A DNA stretch of 64,000 bases, from the IMG/VR virus record IMGVR_UViG_3300016469_000321, one strand, 5' to 3'. Positions 20,432 to 29,686 of this stretch are shown here, piece by piece. The translations under genes were made by a program, and so were the position numbers. A model generated the notes under the pieces. That model saw only the letters and a list, made by a program, of their open reading frames with translations. It was not told the origin of the DNA and did not search any database. The stretch's first letter is position 1, and the number at the start of each line of letters is the position of its first letter. The DNA comes from an uncultured virus (IMG/VR IMGVR_UViG_3300016469_000321). Its lineage: Duplodnaviria > Heunggongvirae > Uroviricota > Caudoviricetes.

Positions 20432-21928
20432 TCACGTCGTGTCCCTGAACCTCCCGAACCTGAAGCGAGCCGTGAAGCCGGTGATGGGCATGGGGTCGAC
20501 CGCGCCGCCGGGGTTGGCGTAGCGCTTGCGGAAGTGCCGGCACAGCTCGTTGTACCGGCTCAGATGGATGTTCGCGCCCGTCTGGTCGACGCCGTCGAGC
20601 AGGCACATGTAGTAGAGGCACAGCTCGATGAACGAGGGCACCGCGTCTCGCTGGATCGGCGGCGTGTCCTGGTCGTCCTTGAGCTTCTTCGGCAGGCGCT
20701 GCACACGCAGGTCGAGCTCGTACCGCTGATCCTGATGCGGGAAGACCTGATAGGCGTAGTACCCGGTGCTGTGCTTCAGTTCGCGCTGGTAGTCGGGGAT
20801 CGCGCTGCCGTTCCACGTAAACGTGCCGTTCGTCGGCTCGATCTCGTCGAGGAGGTAGAACTTGCCGTTCGTCTCCACGCGGTCGAACCCGGTGCCGTAG
20901 GGCGTGGTGGTCTGCACGCCCGTCCGCGCGACGTAGATGCGGATCCGCATCCCGCTGCGGCTGTAGCGCAGCGTCGTCGAGTCACCGAAGTCCATCATGG
21001 CGTCGATGTTCGTCGCGGTGATCTCGATGGCGCGGCCCGCCGCGGCGCCGGTCTGCGTGTAGATGGCGCTCAGCGGAGAGGGGGCCGACTCCCACTGCGG
21101 ATCGCGGATGCCGACCGGAGCACGCTGCCACTCAAGGTCGCGGCGGCCCCACACGTAGGTGAAGCAGAACTGGAAGGTGCCTTCCCACTCCGGCCCGGCC
21201 CACGGCGCGCCCGTGTTCGGGTTCGTCGGAGCGGCCGTCGGAGCCGTCGTGGGCGCCGGAACCTGGAAGTGCCGGTTGCGCCACAGCCGGAACGGCTGGC
21301 CCTTGTCCTGTCCACGGTAGTCGACCATGTCCTGACGGTACGCACCGCCGGTGTCGATGGCCCAGACCTGCTGCCGCGTCTCGTCCCAGAGACGCGCGGG
21401 CTCCAGCACGCGGGTCACGTCGTCGGTGACGAAGAACTCCGGCTGGTGGAGGCGAAACTTCATGGCCGTGCCGCCGATGCCCCACGGGCGGTCGAGCGAC
21501 ACGTAGTAGTTGGTGGGCACGCCGAGAGGGTCGGTGGCGGTCCAGAACTCGCGGCACTGGCGGCGATGGATCTGACCGTTGGCGTCCACGACCTCGATGT
21601 GCATGATGCCGTCGAACGTGCCGGTCACGTCGGGCAACCACGGGCTCGACGGTGCGAGCGGCAGCCCTGACGTGTTCACGAACTGCATGACCTTCGTGTC
21701 GGCCGTCGGGGAGACTCGGGCCGCGACGTCGGCGTCCTCTCCCACGACGTCCTTCTGAAGGACGACGTGCTCGTCGTCCGGGACCACAGCCTCCGGCACG
21801 TCGCCGGAGATGCGCTCCAACGCGGTGTTCATGGCCTGCACAATGCGGCCGTCCAGCGTCGGACCCGTGCTGTCCCAAGCACGGAAGTTGAAGAGGCGGG
21901 CACGAAGCGCACCGAGAGATGTGTCCAT
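20432..21928 (-). CDS. Head-tail adaptor / tail tubular protein-like
   Basis: GGAGG RBS; N-terminal 'LGALRARL..IVQAMNTALERI' and C-terminal 'PKKLKDDQDTPPI' adaptor-like pattern; follows capsid genes. Confidence 0.6.
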   Translation of the reverse strand: MDTSLGALRARLFNFRAWDSTGPTLDGRIVQAMNTALERISGDVPEAVVPDDEHVVLQKDVVGEDADVAARVSPTADTKVMQFVNTSGLPLAPSSPWLPDVTGTFDGIMHIEVVDANGQIHRRQCREFWTATDPLGVPTNYYVSLDRPWGIGGTAMKFRLHQPEFFVTDDVTRVLEPARLWDETRQQVWAIDTGGAYRQDMVDYRGQDKGQPFRLWRNRHFQVPAPTTAPTAAPTNPNTGAPWAGPEWEGTFQFCFTYVWGRRDLEWQRAPVGIRDPQWESAPSPLSAIYTQTGAAAGRAIEITATNIDAMMDFGDSTTLRYSRSGMRIRIYVARTGVQTTTPYGTGFDRVETNGKFYLLDEIEPTNGTFTWNGSAIPDYQRELKHSTGYYAYQVFPHQDQRYELDLRVQRLPKKLKDDQDTPPIQRDAVPSFIELCLYYMCLLDGVDQTGANIHLSRYNELCRHFRKRYANPGGAVDPMPITGFTARFRFGRFRDTT

Positions 21929-21965
21929 GCCCGCCTCCTATTCCTGCCGAAGCAGGGTTGCTACC

Positions 21966-22466
21966 TTAGCGGCAGTTGATCCACGCGGTCCCGGTGACGC
22001 CCGCGCCGATGGCGACGTCCGTCACGCCGATGACGGCGGTGGCGCCAATGCCCGTGTTCGGGGCGGCGACGACCGTGCCGGCGGCAGCGTCCGTGGCGAA
22101 CGCGGTGTCACCCGCAACACCGGCGGCGGTGGCGAGCACCGTGCCACGACCACGCGAAAGAACCCAGCCGTAAGACTGAGCCGCGATGGCGTGCTGCGCG
22201 ACGCCGAGAACCCGCATGCGCGGGATCGAGGCGCCCGTCGAGATCACAGCCGTGCCGCCGCTGGCAACCACAGTCTGCTGAATGACGGGGTTGCCGATGG
22301 CGAAGGCGTTGGCCGCCTCGTTGTTCTTGACGAAGCGCCAGACCTGATCGCCGAGGCCGCTGGTCTGCGAGCCGAGCACGAGGCGCTCGGTGCCGAGGGG
22401 GTACACTTCAGAGGTGTACGTGACGGTGATGTCGTCACCAAAGACCTGGTTGTTCGCGAAAGACAT
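21966..22466 (-). CDS. Capsid decoration/cement protein-like
   Basis: Small Ala/Gly/Thr/Val-rich protein directly after MCP with strong AAGGAG RBS; 'GVAQHAIAAQSYGWV' pattern. Confidence 0.6.
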   Translation of the reverse strand: MSFANNQVFGDDITVTYTSEVYPLGTERLVLGSQTSGLGDQVWRFVKNNEAANAFAIGNPVIQQTVVASGGTAVISTGASIPRMRVLGVAQHAIAAQSYGWVLSRGRGTVLATAAGVAGDTAFATDAAAGTVVAAPNTGIGATAVIGVTDVAIGAGVTGTAWINCR

Positions 22467-22511
22467 GTTGGAGTCTCCTTGAAGTTGAAGAGGTGAACCT
22501 CGTCGCGGTGG

Positions 22512-23570
22512 TTAGACCGCGCCGCCGGAGACGCAGCCCTGCGCCGGGGTCTTCGTGCAGATGAGGTTGCCCTGCATCGAGAAGATGGCGGTGACCACGT
22601 CCTGATCGCCCACACGCTCGGTGAACGGCGTGATGGACGGAGCCTCCATGAGGGGCATCTCGATGAAGTCCGTGTTCAGGATGTAGGTGACGCCGTTGAG
22701 GGCGTTCGCCGTCACGAACCCACCGCCGGACGGGTTCAGGTCGATGGACGAGTAGACCTTGGCGACGCCCAGCTCGAGGCCGAGGGTGTTCGTCTTCTCG
22801 GTCTTGTCCTCGACGAGCGCGACGCGGACGAGGGACAGGCGGCTGTCCTCGAAATTGGTGTAGGTGCCGTCGTCCATGATGACGAGGTCCGGCCCCTTGC
22901 CCATGCCACCCGCGTAGTGCGCGCACTGGCGGTAGGTCTTGCGGAGCGTCGGGAGGCCGTCGGTGGCCCAGGAGGTGATCGCGCCGTACTGGTTGAAGTG
23001 GTAGTACGACGAGGACTTCTGGACGCTCTGGACGGTCTGATTCTGCGTCGCCGGGGTGGCGAAGTCGAGGAGGCCGTTCGTCACGCCCGTGCCGGAGCCG
23101 GCGGCGAAGTCGCCGTTCATGCTCAGGAAGCCGGCGAGGTCGGCGGTCTGGAACACGAGGCCGCGAGACACGCCGGTGAGGAGGAAGGAGTTGAGGTCGG
23201 CCTTCGCGCCCTCAAGCGTCGTCTGCGGGTACTCCTCGATGAGGCGGATCACGGCGAGCTTGCCGCTGTTGAAGAGGAGCTCCTTCTTCGGGATGTTGAT
23301 CGCGGCCACGATGCGGTGCGGCTCGACCTGGAAGCGCTTGGTCTGCTGACGGCGCGTCATGTTGAGGAGCTCGTCGCCGACGAACACGCCAACGCCGCGG
23401 GCGGGGGCGCCACCGGCGAAGGAACGCTCGATCAGGCTGCCGCCCTCAGAGGGCATGCGGGCCTTGCTCATGAGCGCGTCGAGCAGCTCGTTGGAGCGGA
23501 TGAAGGAGTTGATGAGCGGGCCGCGGAGGTCCGCGAACGTGGTGTTCAGGATTTCGGTAGAGATTGCCAT
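22512..23570 (-). CDS. Major capsid protein (podovirus-type HK97 fold)
   Basis: 352 aa; very strong codon bias; 'NSFIRSNELL..GGSLI', 'PDLVIMD' and 'YILNTDFI..GNLIC' patterns typical of podovirus MCPs. Confidence 0.8.
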   Translation of the reverse strand: MAISTEILNTTFADLRGPLINSFIRSNELLDALMSKARMPSEGGSLIERSFAGGAPARGVGVFVGDELLNMTRRQQTKRFQVEPHRIVAAINIPKKELLFNSGKLAVIRLIEEYPQTTLEGAKADLNSFLLTGVSRGLVFQTADLAGFLSMNGDFAAGSGTGVTNGLLDFATPATQNQTVQSVQKSSSYYHFNQYGAITSWATDGLPTLRKTYRQCAHYAGGMGKGPDLVIMDDGTYTNFEDSRLSLVRVALVEDKTEKTNTLGLELGVAKVYSSIDLNPSGGGFVTANALNGVTYILNTDFIEMPLMEAPSITPFTERVGDQDVVTAIFSMQGNLICTKTPAQGCVSGGAV

Positions 23571-23576
23571 TGAGCA

Positions 23577-23677
23577 CTCCGTAGCCGGGGGCAGACGCGA
23601 AGAGCGACTCCGACCGGCTGGGTCGAAGGAACGGTTGAAGTTCGGTGCTTCGCCTGCCCAGCCGTTGGTGCTACGGA
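23577..23677 (-). promoter_or_regulatory. Structured 5' leader of the capsid gene sequestering the SD
   Basis: Nested inverted repeats TCCGTAGC/GCTACGGA, GGGCAG/CTGCCC and GCGAAG/CTTCGC; the outer stem covers most of the GGAG. Confidence 0.55.
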
Positions 23678-23799
23678 CCCTTGCGGGCTACCCGGAACGT
23701 CATCGGTGGGTGCCCGAAAAAAGTACCACGACGGGTTGCCATCGCGCAAGTACGAGGATACAAAAAAGTCGCCGCCGAGAGTGGAAGGCCCGCGCACGC

Positions 23800-24228
23800 C
23801 TATGATGAACGGTCCTTGTTCTCGTGGAGGCCGTGGCGCGCAAACTGCTCGCCCTTGCGGGACGCCTCGCGCTTCGCGCGGGTGGCCGCCGCGAGTTTCG
23901 CCATCCCGCCCGGCGACGAGCGCAACTTCTCGATGGCGCGCTTCGGTGCGTAGACCTCGCCGGTCGCCTTCGGCCCCTGCACGCTCGGCTTGCCGGAGGG
24001 CGTGCGCCACTCCTGCTTCGTCCACTTCTTGAGGCTCTGCTGCGACTTCGACGGGCCGCTCTTGTAGCCGCCGCCTGCCTTCTTGTACTGCTGAGCGACC
24101 ATCTGCGCCTTGCGGGCGGACCATTGGCCCGGCTTGCCGCCCTTCCCGCCCGCGAGGACGCGCTTCTTGATGCGCTCCCGCAGTCCGGGGTTGGAGTAGA
24201 CCTGCTTCAACGTCGAGCGTCGGTCCAT
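23800..24228 (-). CDS. Highly basic conserved protein (DUF5872-like)
   Basis: 'LRERIKK..GGKPGQWSARKAQ..YKKAGGGY..SLKKWTKQEWRT' signature; start overlaps upstream stop (TGATG). Confidence 0.7.
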   Translation of the reverse strand: MDRRSTLKQVYSNPGLRERIKKRVLAGGKGGKPGQWSARKAQMVAQQYKKAGGGYKSGPSKSQQSLKKWTKQEWRTPSGKPSVQGPKATGEVYAPKRAIEKLRSSPGGMAKLAAATRAKREASRKGEQFARHGLHENKDRSS

Positions 24229-24617
24229 CACTTCCCTCGCTTGTCGGCCGCCTCCATCTGGCGGACCACCTTGTTCGCCCACGACTTGCCGGCCTCGCCG
24301 CCCCAGAGGAGGCCCGCGACGTAGCCCTTGTCTTCCTTCGGGCTCTTTCCTGCGTCGAGCTGGTAGTTGCTCGCGTGCCGGTCGAAGTACGCCTTCATCC
24401 GCCTCACGGTGGACGGGTCCATCTGAGAGCGGTTCTTCAGGTTCGCGGCGCGCTGGACACCGGAGCCGATGCCCTGAGCCGCAGCCTGCTTCGCGTCGAG
24501 GCCCGCCTTCTGCGACTTCGACTGCTCACGACGCAGCATGAGGCCACGCACGGCCGCAGCCGCCACGGACTGCGGCGGTTTGAAGTTGATGTGGCCGTAC
24601 TTGCCGTCAGCTGCCAT
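24228..24617 (-). CDS. Conserved phage head-region basic protein
   Basis: 'PPQSVAAAAVRGL..TVRRMKAYFDRH..LLWGGEAGKSWA', a motif recurrent near phage head genes. Confidence 0.7.
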   Translation of the reverse strand: MAADGKYGHINFKPPQSVAAAAVRGLMLRREQSKSQKAGLDAKQAAAQGIGSGVQRAANLKNRSQMDPSTVRRMKAYFDRHASNYQLDAGKSPKEDKGYVAGLLWGGEAGKSWANKVVRQMEAADKRGK

Positions 24618-24747
24618 AGGGGTTCATCTCGCGCTTGACGCGGCTTGCGATGAGGTTCTTGATCATCGCCCGCTTCTGATCGGCGGAGATGGCCTTGGCG
24701 GGCTTCTTGTCGGGAAGCGTCGTGTTCTGCACGTCGGTGCCGATCAC
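24607..24747 (-). CDS. Small basic hypothetical protein (46 aa)
   Basis: GTGA overlap with the upstream gene; GC3-rich. Confidence 0.5.
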   Translation of the reverse strand: MIGTDVQNTTLPDKKPAKAISADQKRAMIKNLIASRVKREMNPYGS

Positions 24748-24959
24748 TTCATCTTTCCGAGCGTGCGGGCGAGCACGAGCTGCTTGAGCAGGGTGCGCTT
24801 GGCGGCGGTGAGCTTCTTGTCGCCCTCGCCTTCCTTCTCGAGGCTGGCGATCTTGGCGGCGATCTTCCCCTTCGGGATGTTCTCGCCTTCCTTGGCGCCC
24901 ATCTTCTCGCGGAGAGCGCCCGGCTTCTTGATGGCGCCCTTGATCCAGTTGTCGGCCAT
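24744..24959 (-). CDS. Small basic phage protein (71 aa)
   Basis: GGAG RBS before ATG 24959; 'WIKGAIKKPGALR..GENIP..LARTL' motif recurrent in phages. Confidence 0.7.
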   Translation of the reverse strand: MADNWIKGAIKKPGALREKMGAKEGENIPKGKIAAKIASLEKEGEGDKKLTAAKRTLLKQLVLARTLGKMK

Positions 24960-24979
24960 GTCGCACTCCGGCCCATACC

Positions 24980-24989
24980 ATGATAGCAT
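24980..24989. promoter_or_regulatory. Bidirectional extended -10 element between divergent late operons
   Basis: ATGATAGCAT reads TGnTAnnnT on both strands within a 49-bp divergent gap. Confidence 0.55.
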
Positions 24990-25008
24990 AGGATCTGAGG
25001 AGTGTACC

Positions 25009-26658
25009 TTGGCGGCACCCGCAAGTCTACCCGGCGGCGCGAAGATCGTGCAGTTGCCGCACATGCACATGGGTAAGGTGAACGCTCTGTTCGCGACGCC
25101 GTGGGCGTTCGTCTCGATGTGCCAGATCGTCCGCGAGGACGAGTCCATCGGCTACCTCGAGCCGACGAACATCCAGATGAAGTTCCTTCAGGCGTGCGCG
25201 GACCACCGCTGGGTGCTGTGCGACAAGTTCCGCCAGGCAAAGATCACGACGCCCTCGGTCATGCTGCTCCTCCGCGACTGCATGTACCTGCAAGGCGTGA
25301 AGGGCGTGCTGATCGCCGAGCGGCAGGACACCGCCGAGGACATCTTCGAGCGCATCCTGTTCGCCTACAAGAACCTGCCCGACGACGTGAAGGTGCCGAC
25401 AGAGGCGGGCCGCAAGCCCGGCACGACGCAGATCCACTTCGTCCACGGCGGCGGCATCAAGGTGCTGACGGCTGGTGGCCGATCTCCTGCCGTCGGTCGC
25501 TCCATCGACCGCCTGCTCATCACCGAGTTCGGTGAGGCGCAGTGGCAGCGCAAGGCCGCCGCGAACATCTTCCCCGCCGTCAACAAGCGGCAGAACGCCC
25601 GCGTCATCCTTGAGTCGACGCCCGGAACGGCAGGCAGCCACCACGAGACGATGTGGCACAACGCGCTCGAAGGAAAGGGCCGCTTCCATCCCGTGTTCCT
25701 TGAGTGGTGGCTCGACCCGTCATGCCGCTCCGATCCCGCCGGCTTGAAGCCAACGGAGGTCGAGTTCGAGTACATGAAGCGGCATCCGGGGATGGATCTC
25801 CACAACCTCGCGTTCCGCCGCCTCTCGCTCCAAACGGAAATGGGTAACGACGAGCGGCTCTTCACGTCGAAGTACCCGTCCGACCCCTACGATGGCTGGC
25901 TCGGCAGCGGGCAGCCCGTGATGCCGGTCGACGTGCTGAAAGAGAGCCTGCTGCACTCCGTCGTGCCGCCGGAGCCGGTGGCGAAGGGCGCCAGCCTCTT
26001 GGAGAAGCCGGTGAAGGGGCGCGCCTACCTCGTGTGCGCGGACCCGGCGGGCTTCGGCAGCGTCGGCGACAACAGCGCCGTGACGGTCTGGGACGCCATC
26101 GAGCGCCGCGAGGTCGCCGTGTGGGAAGGCCGCGAGGATCCGGGCCGCTTCAGCGAGCGGCTCCTGAACCTCCAGCGCTTCTACAACCAGGCGCTCCTCG
26201 CGGTCGAGTCCAACGCCGCGGCGTGTATCGCCATGCTGAAGGACAAAGGCGCGCGGAACCTGCTGTGGACCGACCGCAACCACCCCGGCTGGTACGCCAC
26301 GGAGAAGCGGGTGCAGGAGGGCGAGGCCCGTCTCGTCCGCATGCTTCGTGAGCGGGAACTCACGATCAAGTCGAAGCCGCTTCTCCATCAGTTGATCAAC
26401 TACGACGGCGACCGGACGAAGCGGTCGGCGAACAGCGACGGCACGACGCACCACTTCGACCTGGCGCGCACCGCGGTCATGGCTGCGGACATCCTGTCGC
26501 GTCGTCGCTTCACGAGCGACGAAATGCCGATGCAGACGCAAGAGTTCGCGCCCTCCGACGAACCGCGCGTTACCATCGCGGACCTCGACAGGTACAAGCA
26601 TCAGGAGCGGGCCGCCGCTCGCAATCCCTTCAAGCCTATCGCGCGAGAGTGGACATGA
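25009..26658 (+). CDS. terL: Terminase large subunit
   Basis: GAGGAG then TTG start; Walker A-like KFRQAKITT, Walker B LLITE, ESTP motif, RNase H-like CADPAG..GDNSA and HFDL; directly upstream of the portal. Confidence 0.9.
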   Translation: MAAPASLPGGAKIVQLPHMHMGKVNALFATPWAFVSMCQIVREDESIGYLEPTNIQMKFLQACADHRWVLCDKFRQAKITTPSVMLLLRDCMYLQGVKGVLIAERQDTAEDIFERILFAYKNLPDDVKVPTEAGRKPGTTQIHFVHGGGIKVLTAGGRSPAVGRSIDRLLITEFGEAQWQRKAAANIFPAVNKRQNARVILESTPGTAGSHHETMWHNALEGKGRFHPVFLEWWLDPSCRSDPAGLKPTEVEFEYMKRHPGMDLHNLAFRRLSLQTEMGNDERLFTSKYPSDPYDGWLGSGQPVMPVDVLKESLLHSVVPPEPVAKGASLLEKPVKGRAYLVCADPAGFGSVGDNSAVTVWDAIERREVAVWEGREDPGRFSERLLNLQRFYNQALLAVESNAAACIAMLKDKGARNLLWTDRNHPGWYATEKRVQEGEARLVRMLRERELTIKSKPLLHQLINYDGDRTKRSANSDGTTHHFDLARTAVMAADILSRRRFTSDEMPMQTQEFAPSDEPRVTIADLDRYKHQERAAARNPFKPIAREWT

Positions 26659-28379
26659 ACCTCAGCAACCTCATCGACCGCCACCGCCGCTTCTACGAAC
26701 GCACCGAGAAGAAGAACTTCGACAAGGCGCGTCGCTACTACCGAGGCGAGTTCTACACGAGCCGGAACGATGTGAACCTGAGCGACGGCGCGATCCCCTC
26801 GTTCCTCTGCTCGAAGAACATGATCTACGCCATCGCGGACACCGCCGTGTCGGCGCTGCTCGGCCCCAACCCGAAGGTGGCCGCGAACCCGCGCAACAAG
26901 GTGAGCCAAGAGGCCATCCCGCTCGTCAACGGGCTGATGGAGTACGTGTTCGACGCGAACAACATGCGCCGTCGCGCGGCCACCGCGCTCATCGACGCGG
27001 TCCTCTGCAAGCGCGGCGTGTTCAAGACGGGCTGGGACATGAACGGCGACAAGCCGGTGGTCCGCGTCATCGAGCCGGGGTCCATCTTCTTCGACCAGAC
27101 GGTGCGCGACGTCGATGACATCCGCTACTGGCTGGAAGCCGCGGTCATCCCGTGGACCGAGTTCCAGCGCCGCGTGAAGACGGGCGCCTACAAGTCGCCG
27201 AAGATCGCGGACGTGACGCCGGACCGCTATCCGAAGTGGATCACGGACTCCTACAAGAACAGCGACACCGCGCAACTTCGAGATGCGTTCGAGTGGGTCA
27301 CGGTCTGGGAGTACTACGACCGCGAGAGCAACAAGGTCATCCACTACGTCCGCCAGGCCGACACCATCGTGTTCGAGCAGGAGCTCGACTACATCCCCTA
27401 CTCGATGTTCAGCCTGAACCAGAGTGCGGTCGACTGCCTCGGCCTGTCCGAGGTGCAGCTCGTCCTCAACCAGCAGGAGACGATCAACGACCTGCTCACG
27501 CACATGAAGCAGATCGTCTACCTGATGATCCCGCGCATCCTGTTCAACAGCGAGCTGATCACCGAGGAAGACCTCAACAAGGCGGTCGAGGCGGCGACGG
27601 GATCGTTCGTGCCCATCAGCCCGACGAACGCCGAGGGGCTCCGCACGCTCTCGACGCTGTTCTACGAGATGCCGATGCCGCAGGTTCCGGTCGGCGTCGA
27701 GAACTTCATCGCCCGGCAGGAAGGCGACGCCGCGTTCATCTCGGCCCTCGCCGAGGCGGCCCGTGGTCAGGTCGCCGGTGCGCGCACCGCCACGGAGATG
27801 GCGATCATCGACGCGCAGATGCGGACCCGCCTCGCCACGCGCGAGGGCCACATCAACACCGCGTTGCAGGACGTGGCGGAGAAGTGCTTCTACCTGGCGA
27901 AGAAGTACATGAAGGAGCCGAAACTCGTTCAGGTCAGCGGCCACGAGGGATGGAGCGAGGTCAGCCTTGCCGACATCCACGAGGTGGACGTGAACTTCTC
28001 GATGGTGTCGTACAACCCGATCCGTCAGAACCCGTCGGTCATGTCCGAGACGCTGTTGAAGCTGTTCCCGATCCTCGCGCAGGATCCGAACGTCAACAAG
28101 CGTGCGCTGCTCGAAGAGCTCGTCAACGGCGTCGGCCTCTCCGGTCGCCTCCTCATCCCGAAGGAGGAGTTGGAGCAGCAGGAGGCGATGGCGCAGCAGA
28201 TGATGATGGCGCAGATGATGGGCGCTGCGGGCGGCGCGGGTCCGGGTGCCGCGCCTCCGGGGATGCCGATGCTTCCTGCCGGCGAGGTGCCGGGTGCCGA
28301 GACGACCGAGGCCGCCACGCAGAACGTGCCGTCCGACGTCATGGCCGCGATGGGTCCGATGCCGGTCCCCGTCGCATAG
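26655..28379 (+). CDS. Portal protein
   Basis: 574 aa, ATGA-coupled to TerL; 'RTATE' motif and Q/M/P-rich tail typical of podovirus portals. Confidence 0.85.
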   Translation: MNLSNLIDRHRRFYERTEKKNFDKARRYYRGEFYTSRNDVNLSDGAIPSFLCSKNMIYAIADTAVSALLGPNPKVAANPRNKVSQEAIPLVNGLMEYVFDANNMRRRAATALIDAVLCKRGVFKTGWDMNGDKPVVRVIEPGSIFFDQTVRDVDDIRYWLEAAVIPWTEFQRRVKTGAYKSPKIADVTPDRYPKWITDSYKNSDTAQLRDAFEWVTVWEYYDRESNKVIHYVRQADTIVFEQELDYIPYSMFSLNQSAVDCLGLSEVQLVLNQQETINDLLTHMKQIVYLMIPRILFNSELITEEDLNKAVEAATGSFVPISPTNAEGLRTLSTLFYEMPMPQVPVGVENFIARQEGDAAFISALAEAARGQVAGARTATEMAIIDAQMRTRLATREGHINTALQDVAEKCFYLAKKYMKEPKLVQVSGHEGWSEVSLADIHEVDVNFSMVSYNPIRQNPSVMSETLLKLFPILAQDPNVNKRALLEELVNGVGLSGRLLIPKEELEQQEAMAQQMMMAQMMGAAGGAGPGAAPPGMPMLPAGEVPGAETTEAATQNVPSDVMAAMGPMPVPVA

Positions 28380-28410
28380 TTGAAAATACTTCTCAAGTTC
28401 AAGGAATACC

Positions 28411-28878
28411 ATGCCGATACACGATGTAAGGTGTCCTGCGTGTGGATGGGGCAAGGCTGACACGTTCGTCCGCCTCGACGAGATGCCCTCGTGCGACGAG
28501 TGCGGCGTGCCGACCCGGATCGACTGGTCCCACGGCATCGCGCCCTCGGTGCGCGGTCACGGCTACGGTTCGTTCACGGCCATCGACATGGGCGTGCTCG
28601 GCAAGGCCGAGACGAAGGAAGACTACGACCGTGCCGTGTCGACGATCCAGCAGCGGTTCCCCGGCCACCGCGTCGAGCTGACGAGCGAGACGGCGGCGCA
28701 GAAGCAGGCCCGCCTCGACGGCGTCCGGCAGCGCCACTACGAGAGCCAGCGGAAGGCAGGCGTGGACAAGCAGATGATCGCGGAGGCGCAGGAGGAGAAG
28801 CGTCGCAAGACACAGGAGGCGCCTCCGGCCCCGCCGCCCCCGAAGCCGGCAGCGAAGCCCGCCGTGGGTGCCGCGTGA
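28411..28878 (+). CDS. FmdB-like zinc-ribbon protein
   Basis: MPIHDVRCPACG...CDECG; family often found after podovirus portals. Confidence 0.7.
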   Translation: MPIHDVRCPACGWGKADTFVRLDEMPSCDECGVPTRIDWSHGIAPSVRGHGYGSFTAIDMGVLGKAETKEDYDRAVSTIQQRFPGHRVELTSETAAQKQARLDGVRQRHYESQRKAGVDKQMIAEAQEEKRRKTQEAPPAPPPPKPAAKPAVGAA

Positions 28879-29114
28879 AGCCCATGCGTACCCTGGAGTC
28901 GGCGCGCCTCGCCGTGGCGCACAACCCGCGCCAGTTGCGGGTGGTCGGTCCCTACGGCACGCAGGACATGATCGTGGTCGAGGACCGCGAGACGGGCGAG
29001 CGGCGCATCGTGCCGAACAAGCGGTTGCTCGTCGCTGGGAACAACATCGGCGTGGCGTTTGAGATGACGCCGCCCGGTGCTGGGTTCGGAGATGATCTGC
29101 TCGAAGATGAGTAG
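28875..29114 (+). CDS. Hypothetical protein (79 aa)
   Basis: GTGA overlap; GC3-rich. Confidence 0.55.
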   Translation: MKPMRTLESARLAVAHNPRQLRVVGPYGTQDMIVVEDRETGERRIVPNKRLLVAGNNIGVAFEMTPPGAGFGDDLLEDE

Positions 29115-29175
29115 CGGGCCGGGCCGCGCTCTGTCTTACCTTCCCGGTTTCATCAAACCACGTTAGAGGTGTTCT

Positions 29176-29673
29176 ATGGCCGAGATGAACAAGACTGCGC
29201 CGTCCCTTCCCGAAGGTGGCATCGTTCCGCGGCGCGACATCAAGCCGCTCGCGGACGAGATCGACGCGATCCTCAAGGAGGCCGGCCTCGCCGAGGGTGG
29301 CGCGGGCGGACCGGAGACGGGCATGGCCCCTGCGGCCTCGCGCAGCCCTGAGGGCGAGCGCAACGGCACGGGCGTCAGCATGAAGGCGGGCGAGGGCGCC
29401 ATGTCCGACGCCAGCGTCATCGCCGACGTGCTCGGCGTGTCGATGGAGAAGGCGCAGGCGCTCCTCGACGCGGCGATGGCGATGCCGAAGATGGCCGGTA
29501 AGAGCCCCGCCGAGATCGCGGACATGCTGTCCAATGACATGAACCTCCGCATGCAGCTCGAGAAGAACATGGGCGCAGGCGAAGACACGATGGCGCGGAA
29601 GGCGATGGCGGCCGAGGGCATGAAGGCTCCTCCGGCGCCCCTGCCGACCGAGCCGTCGATGGGCAAGATGTAG
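29176..29673 (+). CDS. Met/Ala-rich hypothetical head-region protein
   Basis: GAGGTG RBS; GC3-rich. Confidence 0.65.
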   Translation: MAEMNKTAPSLPEGGIVPRRDIKPLADEIDAILKEAGLAEGGAGGPETGMAPAASRSPEGERNGTGVSMKAGEGAMSDASVIADVLGVSMEKAQALLDAAMAMPKMAGKSPAEIADMLSNDMNLRMQLEKNMGAGEDTMARKAMAAEGMKAPPAPLPTEPSMGKM

Positions 29674-29686
29674 ACCAGGAGAAGCC

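Noticed and set aside
24538..25008. 157-codon N-terminal extension of TerL in the ORF track
   Set aside because: Overlaps three minus-strand genes; a strong GAGGAG-TTG start lies at 25009.
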